Virus record (IMG/VR): IMGVR_UViG_3300030109_000604 | Location: 1-59,842 of that record | DNA length: 59,842 nucleotides | Source of the DNA: a virus | Lineage: Duplodnaviria; Caudoviricetes | Direction: 5' to 3' (one strand) | Part shown: piece by piece, positions 55,201 to 59,842 of the stretch | Layout: each line of letters begins with the position of its first letter | Position numbering within the stretch: position 1 is the stretch's first letter | The notes under the pieces: model-generated | The model's input: the letters and a program-made list of their open reading frames with translations, nothing else | Databases searched by the model: none | What the model was told of the DNA's origin: nothing | Made by a program: the position numbers and the translations under genes

Positions 55201-57621
55201 AAAGGCAATCGTTTCGAGGCATTTCATCTGTATGCGATAGCCCGTAGGGCGGCGCGTCTTATTCGTGAAGGGCGGGAGCGTCTTCTCACTCAGGATCAGA
55301 TTGCGCAGTATCTCGCCATGGGGAACAGCCGTGCTGAGATAGCGCAGATCATGGATGTTTCAGAGGCTGAGGTAGATACTCTCTTGGCTGGGCGTGATAT
55401 TAAGTTCAATGATGATTTCTCTGATATCTTCCAAGATTATCAAGTATGGAACGGTTACTTCGTAGATTTCTTGGTAGACACAGGGGTTCTTACTAGAGAG
55501 AAAGCCGACATATGGAAAGAGTCTGCCGATTATATTCCGTTCTATCGCCAACTTGATCCGTCATACAAGGACACTGCTGGCGAAAGCCCCATGTTTGAAG
55601 GGCTAATGGCAAGCGCACCTCCCCCCGAACTAAAGGGAAAGGGGATGATATGGTCGATCATAGCAAAGGATGCGCAGGGCAACGAGACGATGCTGCCCAC
55701 CACGTTCAATCAATCTGAAAAGAATGTAGCTGAGGCATACGCGCAGAAATACAAAGATGAAACAGGGATGGACGTAAGTGTAGTTCGCAAGGGCATGCCG
55801 ATTGGCGGCTTCCTAGATACCCTTACAGAAAATGCTTTGTCTGCTGTTCAGACAGGCATGATGAACGTGGGTATGCAACGGACAATGCGGAACCTTGTTT
55901 TGGCAGATCCCCAGACAACCGTGAGAACGAAACCGGGGACGCCGGGTTCAGTTACATTCCACGTCAAGGGTGAGCCAATAACGCTATACGTGGGTGATCG
56001 TGCGCTTTATTCGTCTCTTAACAATTACCTTACCAATCAGAGGATCAACCCGTTTGTCAATTTCTTGGGGATGCCTGCTCGTTTTCTGAGGGAAATGATC
56101 ACCCGATCACCAGACTTCATGGCGGCAAACATGCTAAGAGATTCGTTGTCAGCATGGGTAACTAGTGGTCGGGACACCAAAGCCTTGATAGGAACCATTG
56201 GTGGTTTCTCTCAGGCCCTACGTGGTAGCACTTCTGCTGATGCGCTGGCTGCGGCTGGTCTGATGACGGGGTTTGATTTTGGTGGAGACCCCACCAAGAT
56301 GACCGATTTTATAAACAAAGAACTGCTTAAGTATAAGTATCCTTCAGCAGTGGGACGGTTTGCACGTAACCCATTGAAGGCCCTGTGGGATGCAACAGGT
56401 ACAGCTTCCCGTGCTTCGGATGCAGCTACTCGTATTGCTGTGTATGAGAGAGTCCTTAAAGAAACAGGCGATGAAGCACAGGCTATCTTTGAGGCGCAGG
56501 AAGTTATCAACTTCTCAGCACGGGGGCAGTCAGCACTAATACAAAACCTTGCGGTGGTGGTGCCGTTCTTGAACGCTCGTATCCAAGGCTTGGATGTTCT
56601 GTATCGTTCTTCGATGGGGCGCAAAGGGTTTGCAGCGAGGCCTGAGTCCGACATCGTGAAGAGAAGGTTTATGTTCAGAGCCATGTTGGTTGCCATGAGT
56701 AGCGCAGCGTACTGGGCCATGGTTCACGATGATGAGGAATACATAAACCAAAACCCAGAGATCAAAGATAACTACTGGATAATTCCGTCGGCGTGGATAC
56801 CCGGTTATGACGGACCACCCCTCAGGTTCCCGATACCGTTTGAGGTAGGGTTCTTGTTTAAGACCATACCTGAAAGGGTCATGGCTTTGTATTTTGGCAA
56901 GGATGTGCCTCGTGATATTGCGCAGACATTGCGGCGGGGTCTGGTGAATACGTTTGAGTTTAATCCAATCCCTCAAGCAGTGTTGCCGCCTCTTGAGGTG
57001 ATAGCCAATTACAGTTTCTTTACAGGGCGCAAGATTGAAGGACAGTATCTTGAGGGACTGTTGCCGGGATACCGTTATAGCAGCAGGACCTCTGCTCTCG
57101 CTATGGAACTTGGTCAGATGTTTAATTATTCCCCTGTAAAAATTGATCATATGATTAACGGTTATGGCGGCACCTTGGGCACAGTAGTCATTGATACTGT
57201 AGATCAAGTTATGAGGGGAGCATCGGCTGATTTGGGAGAACGCCCCGCTAAACAACTTAGCGAGTACCCGTTTATTAAAAGATTTTTAGCAACGCCAGAT
57301 GCACGAGGCCTTGTCACACAGTTCTACGAGTTGAGAAGAGAAGTTGGTCAGGCGGTTGATACCGTCAAAATGTTAGAGAAGGGCGAGCTTACGTTAGCAG
57401 AAGGCGCAAAGTTGGCAGATAAGAAAGTAAAACTGATTGCTATAGAAAATGTGGTAGAAGATATATCTAGCCTTCTTGTTAAATTGAGAAATGAGCGTAA
57501 GCGGATTCAAGAGTCGAACATAAGTGCTGAAGCGAAACGACAATTGATTGACGAGGTCACAGCTATGGAGCTTATGGCTGTTGAGTCTATCCCGGAACTA
57601 AGGCAAGAGGCGTTTCAGTAG
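49273..57621 (+). CDS. large polyvalent virion protein (zincin, ART-like, GNAT, BECR-like and LPD38-like modules)
   Basis: HETVH...EEAAAE; GQAHGWGFY...NYVIWD; RAVHDYYAH...GEEAAW; YRNTGIGSRVI; GMRHADKH; C-terminal VPFLNARIQG...P.PFEVG. Confidence 0.8.
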   Translation: MAQLFEFEGQQYSFPDDATQEEIFGFLDQASPAPTPEEPSEKGFLDRTGEMLKGGAQRFAGSSAYGLASGLEYFGASPETQEELKTYAAQQEESLKGISPIKPLLEAESLGDVASSGYDYLVQSSPYMGAMLTGAYAGGKAAAALPIPHPAVKAITMFAGGLLGGAAATYNAFFGDNVKEAEQVKGRKLTKEETEGAAVAAVGQSIADAVISKILPSRGSPKLITNTLKKLMQGGAVEGTTEVFQESLSILQANDFDLDSLRTPEATYRLKEAGLAGMVIGAPISAATGPFTREAPPTAPPVLPDVTEGLQETLDVETETTLEEDTADGEQSVTEADMASEGQLDLNFASEEVAQDEVESAVTPPASDEFVTEQVEGGVDETVAPDVGPVDIAGVSDEVVDEQLRQIVADPPPEGPAAPDLGELDLEVTEPVSPEFQPSTLETFPVAEEQLELFDTSTIEALTASAQSATPKLSIPEHIVKKIIENLNRRLQARGLADDVSLIITDTIFRPEMGADPDSTPSEAKYIPRTQSAKGAIILALDALPESTLRKPKEMATYLAGLTDHETVHSWVDIGVINDNDMQALSKAASLAPHWSDPNKTVMDVIADVYPDLDAEGQIEEAAAELFRGHAAGNVVLKGRPLSIWQRIMNFFRNLKGGLAEADIYKAAQVFDRVGMSPDFVSAAPTAPADDFGDELVEAVSGKDKSLGEKLRDDKEARSFQGGPNMWKPEPGKPFGTPQLKFAGTVGGQAHGWGFYNSQDVEVGKDFAGRSGRGQLLELDIPDDAIAKFMDESLPLSKQSPSVQQAIGRIYDRVYDRGFRQSMRQLMEGKDPTGFRIYRDIGTYEKISDKEISLMLAEEGIPGLKYGADPRLSGSPTPEGVAMRLIELTGSVDGAIAEAQARIADAEQRGVLDRADSRFKVPAALEILQERGDPRRYNYVIWDQDVLNRVEVKGVNEVPVNQVAVNLSSATESILGLKDLQDQANTGDIEAQGLLQDVASDSLSYLLSGIPDVRVLPTPAQGLYFGDLEPSIGLDVGFVQDNKKDVLASLAKFASNFNQEQIHVRTGADENTDVGFTYPDGSYNTASVRFSLREPLTRQEIEEVISSSGLVGVTATDTYLDAYYVGDPSDAAAIQQFKQAADRASKSLEGRTSGVDPAIQRLWAYGEGYGATNPYSDIRGPLRPPEANEGNRTSWRIGQRLRGRPFIPVPSQQTLTPEQRDLQSEIADAFDDMPLNDLGNPDVRRAYDELARELDSQYRALPIKVEVFEGEGEPYANSAAMREDINQNNHLFIYGTNADTFGPEGVVYDNHPMLKQSSYTDVNGYPLLINDLLRAVHDYYAHTMAPNKFGPLGEEAAWQNHMRMTRSPWARWALTSETRGQNSWVNFHRLAIDPSKRADSLPITEREFSEQKTALLPIEYTMTGDPVIDEEMLDIASPDKEARNFLVGRFYKKETMFGVQFVNEDGLGLVGGVPSGRASTPGTANLRFAIMDQNIRGEDNKPIALGETKINVKLEDGELTEEIEGIVDIEIEDAYRNTGIGSRVINSLLENTTDGLNIYDIQESALPYWRDKQGTSIVERSSAEGDNLIDGFIPKGAPAPSVERTAASPDKEARRFVDLPKEAQRLVRTTDANGRQTARFGTIQYKGNNVPVVLHMGTPEDSGMRHADKHLLNFETFTPYESVPIALKSLMTASFNPERQAPRKSPALTFTEGGDRGQAGKFTIEWQDPASRFPIKAAFTLLEPNTISGVEVPVFAMDTIFVNTGRETPAYQAAETTIRREGVIELDKISRPGKEAVLDAVANFKQKSKKEKFARPISQEFSIKSTPTDMGIDMPSGMVAPQQHETLGEKVLTNLGMVGGSPLDSFGDFFKWFRTNFVDMWDPIRRTEVGLSEQDEKNQNFLSASSSAWAAMRMARRGTAVTAYSLSKGVPTYRDGYTSVKDIPEDALQTNIDGTTEVSRIAGTDTGLIPIIEPLRKGNRFEAFHLYAIARRAARLIREGRERLLTQDQIAQYLAMGNSRAEIAQIMDVSEAEVDTLLAGRDIKFNDDFSDIFQDYQVWNGYFVDFLVDTGVLTREKADIWKESADYIPFYRQLDPSYKDTAGESPMFEGLMASAPPPELKGKGMIWSIIAKDAQGNETMLPTTFNQSEKNVAEAYAQKYKDETGMDVSVVRKGMPIGGFLDTLTENALSAVQTGMMNVGMQRTMRNLVLADPQTTVRTKPGTPGSVTFHVKGEPITLYVGDRALYSSLNNYLTNQRINPFVNFLGMPARFLREMITRSPDFMAANMLRDSLSAWVTSGRDTKALIGTIGGFSQALRGSTSADALAAAGLMTGFDFGGDPTKMTDFINKELLKYKYPSAVGRFARNPLKALWDATGTASRASDAATRIAVYERVLKETGDEAQAIFEAQEVINFSARGQSALIQNLAVVVPFLNARIQGLDVLYRSSMGRKGFAARPESDIVKRRFMFRAMLVAMSSAAYWAMVHDDEEYINQNPEIKDNYWIIPSAWIPGYDGPPLRFPIPFEVGFLFKTIPERVMALYFGKDVPRDIAQTLRRGLVNTFEFNPIPQAVLPPLEVIANYSFFTGRKIEGQYLEGLLPGYRYSSRTSALAMELGQMFNYSPVKIDHMINGYGGTLGTVVIDTVDQVMRGASADLGERPAKQLSEYPFIKRFLATPDARGLVTQFYELRREVGQAVDTVKMLEKGELTLAEGAKLADKKVKLIAIENVVEDISSLLVKLRNERKRIQESNISAEAKRQLIDEVTAMELMAVESIPELRQEAFQ

Positions 57622-57649
57622 GAACGCTCCCCTACAATAGGAGATAAGT

Positions 57650-58099
57650 ATGTTAAGTTTGCTCGGGTCCCTATTGGGATTTGGTACTTCTTTCCTGCCA
57701 AAGGTTATGGATTTCTTCCAAGACCGTGCAGATAAGAAGCATGAACTAGCGGTAATGGAAGTTCAAATACGTCAGCAAAAAGAACTAGCTGATCAGAAGT
57801 TGGAGATGGTCAATGTGGAAGCAGATGTACGAGAGATGGAATCTCTTCACAAGTCTATGCAGCCTACCGGCGTGGCGTTTATCGACGGCCTTCGTGGTTC
57901 TGTTCGTCCTGTTATCACTTACGCTTTCTTCGGGCTGTTCATTTTTGTTGAAGTATCCGCTTATCTCGCACTCACTTCCCAAGGAGTATCTGGATTGGAC
58001 GCGGCCAACGCTGTCTGGTCTGAAGAAACCTCAGCACTGTTTGCCGCCGTCATTAGTTTCTGGTTCGGCGGACGCGCCATCTCCCGCGCTAGAAAATGA
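57650..58099 (+). CDS. holin-like protein (3TM/GTA-holin-like)
   Basis: LRGSVRPVITY...ISFWFGGR with TM helices; upstream of the lysozyme. Confidence 0.75.
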   Translation: MLSLLGSLLGFGTSFLPKVMDFFQDRADKKHELAVMEVQIRQQKELADQKLEMVNVEADVREMESLHKSMQPTGVAFIDGLRGSVRPVITYAFFGLFIFVEVSAYLALTSQGVSGLDAANAVWSEETSALFAAVISFWFGGRAISRARK

Positions 58100-58551
58100 G
58101 GATCAATGCGAAGGGGATGCAGATAATAAAGCTCTTTGAGGGCTTCCGCTCTGAGCCGTATCTGTGTTCCGCGATGGTTCCCACCATTGGGTTTGGTTCT
58201 ACTTGGTCCTTTGATGGCAGTCGTGTCACCCTATCTCACCCGCCGATTGATGAGGCAGAGGCCGAGGAGCTACTTCTACGAGAGGTCCGTAAGTGTGAGA
58301 GAGCAGTAGACCGTCTGATCAAAGTTGAATTGAACCGCAACGAACACTCCGCTCTCCAAAGTTTTGTATATAATTTGGGCAGCGGGCGGCTACAGTCTAG
58401 TACCTTAAGATCCCTCTTGAACAGGGGCGCTCCCAAAGAAAAAGTTGCGGACGAGTTCCCGAAGTGGCGCAGAGCCGGGGGTAAAATATTACAGGGTCTA
58501 GTCAGAAGACGAGCGGCAGAGAGGGCCTTGTTCCTGTACGAAGGAGAATGA
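58096..58551 (+). CDS. endolysin, GH24 lysozyme
   Basis: IKLFEG....Y.C....TIG.G, AL.SF.YNLG.G....STL, GLVRRR.AE..LF. Confidence 0.95.
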   Translation: MRINAKGMQIIKLFEGFRSEPYLCSAMVPTIGFGSTWSFDGSRVTLSHPPIDEAEAEELLLREVRKCERAVDRLIKVELNRNEHSALQSFVYNLGSGRLQSSTLRSLLNRGAPKEKVADEFPKWRRAGGKILQGLVRRRAAERALFLYEGE

Positions 58552-58552
58552 T

Positions 58553-58906
58553 ATGGAAGTGGATGCAAGGCTAGGCATACAGGCAGCAATCATGTTAGCC
58601 ACAATTGCTGGTGGGTATGCGGTTGTTAAGGCTCAGTTACAGCGCGTCATCTCTGATCTGGTTGATCACATAAAGAAGTTTGAGAAACATAAGTCAGCGT
58701 TCGATGCCCGACTTGATGATGCGGAGTCCCAGAGAAGTGTGTTCGCTAGTCAGATATCCACGCTCATTGATATCAATAGTGTGTCTGCATTGGAGCGCCG
58801 CAATAGAGAGATCGCTACGCTGCAAGCTGAGGTCAAAGTGTTGCAAGCTCAGATCCAACACTTAAATGATATACACAACTCAAAGCATCCAGAGACAAAT
58901 AAGTAG
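58553..58906 (+). CDS. membrane-anchored coiled-coil protein
   Basis: N-terminal TM segment plus heptad repeats; SD AAGGAG. Confidence 0.7.
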   Translation: MEVDARLGIQAAIMLATIAGGYAVVKAQLQRVISDLVDHIKKFEKHKSAFDARLDDAESQRSVFASQISTLIDINSVSALERRNREIATLQAEVKVLQAQIQHLNDIHNSKHPETNK

Positions 58907-58923
58907 GAGAATAGGAGGCTAGC

Positions 58924-59457
58924 ATGGACCCCATCACAATAGCAGCCGCCATTGCAGCCACCAAAACACTAGTGAAATCGGCACGGGGTGTTCAAGAGAT
59001 TGCGCACGGTATTGACGGACTGTTCCATGCCAAAGAGGAGCATGAAAAAAATAAAGACCACGAAGCTGGTAGCTCAATCGGCAGAAAGAATAAGTCAATT
59101 CTTCAAAAACGCGCTAAGGATGACGGCTCCGAAACTTCTATGTCTGCCAGTGCCGCAGCCATCATCGAACGCAAGCAATTGGATCAGCAGCTTGAGGACC
59201 TCAAAAATGAGATCAATCGTAAGTGGCCGAGCGCTCCTAACGAACCCTCCACTTGGGACCTCATTTTAAAAGAACGTGAGAAGAGGGTTGCTGCAAAGAA
59301 AGAACGCGAGAGGCTCGAAAAGATTGAGGCTGAAGAACGTGCGGAGCGGCGTAAAAAACTTTTACTTGAGCTTGCCAAGGGACTTATCGTTGCGACCATT
59401 GCGGGGGGCATTGGTACGTTCCTCTACTGGGCCGCACAGCAAGGTGGCAGTGCCTAA
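58924..59457 (+). CDS. hypothetical protein with C-terminal TM
   Basis: MDPITIAAAIA N-terminus, charged coiled coil, TM helix; SD AGGAGG. Confidence 0.75.
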   Translation: MDPITIAAAIAATKTLVKSARGVQEIAHGIDGLFHAKEEHEKNKDHEAGSSIGRKNKSILQKRAKDDGSETSMSASAAAIIERKQLDQQLEDLKNEINRKWPSAPNEPSTWDLILKEREKRVAAKKERERLEKIEAEERAERRKKLLLELAKGLIVATIAGGIGTFLYWAAQQGGSA

Positions 59458-59633
59458 CTGTCCAACTCTATCAGCCCCACACCACCACACTCTATACATA
59501 TGACCTCGAACTCTTCGATGGAGGGGAAGGCAAACCTATCGCCCGTGTGTGTAAGCCGAGTGGCTTCCACTATGACGTGGCCTTCTCCCTCACAATTGGT
59601 ACAAGTCCGTATCCGGCACCCCTCTTCGTTCAA
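59454..59633 (-). CDS. DnaJ-type zinc-finger mini-protein (not in ORF track)
   Basis: 59 aa MNEEGCRIRTCTNCEGEGH...CIECGGVGLIELDS with two CxxCxGxG motifs; TTG start overlaps the lipoprotein stop. Confidence 0.75.
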   Translation of the reverse strand: MNEEGCRIRTCTNCEGEGHVIVEATRLTHTGDRFAFPSIEEFEVICIECGGVGLIELDS

Positions 59634-59842
59634 AGCGTGTCCTTCCTAAATCTTTCTGTGTCTAGTTCTTTATAGCCTTCCTTGGCTGCGTCTCCGCTGC
59701 GCCTAGAATTTGTTCGCTGCTTGTAAAGTTGCAGCAGTTCGTTGGCCTCACCTACGGGGTAGGTCAGAAGAACATACACCCGAAAGAATGTATTGTGGGG
59801 AAGTATCTCCATCTCCTTCACGCTGTACCCTGCCACGTTCAC
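59574..59842. repeat. Terminal direct repeat, copy 2, including the 3' end of the lipoprotein gene
   Basis: Matches 1-269 at 260 of 269 positions. Confidence 0.95.

Noticed and set aside
1-59842. Diversity-generating retroelement (from the imperfect repeat), CRISPR array, tRNA, integrase/prophage, alternative genetic code
   Set aside because: No reverse transcriptase and the repeat mismatches are not adenine-specific; no spaced repeats, cloverleaf or recombinase seen by eye; conserved genes are intact in the standard code.

Overview
The window looks like an essentially complete, circularly permuted dsDNA tailed-phage genome of about 59.6 kb, probably podovirus-like. Bases 1-269 are repeated, with 9 differences, at 59574-59842. 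An aquatic alphaproteobacterial host is only a tentative inference. Layout: (i) a leftward recombination/accessory operon (1-6748: Cas4-like exonuclease, Sak3/DUF1071 annealing protein, SSB-like, DUF968-like, DUF4384 and LPP20 lipoprotein genes); (ii) rightward RusA and a T7/Twinkle-type primase-helicase, with no DNA polymerase, RNA polymerase or integrase seen; (iii) a leftward early-type operon (AAA ATPase, DUF3150-like, metallopeptidase-VWA); (iv) a control region at about 14.9-16.9 kb; (v) a long rightward late region (terminase, portal, GroES, scaffold, Mu-gpT-type capsid, tail and fibres, ejection proteins with a SleB-type hydrolase, a 2782-aa polyvalent protein, holin, lysozyme). The strongest unannotated signal is a canonical type III hammerhead ribozyme (14943-14997, minus). 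It lies between an approximately 200-nt structured leader RNA and the ribosome-binding site of the AAA operon, so one promoter could yield a free ncRNA plus a 5'-OH mRNA. Other notable items: two RNA pseudoknots (before groES and after the capsid gene), tandem perfect DnaA boxes plus IHF sites, a dense GTAC array inside a coding region, two virion genes with a domain nested inside a copy of itself, a repeated DKEARxF linker between modules of the giant protein, and a recurring M-x-x-G-G motif. All family names come from motif recognition by eye; no searches were run.
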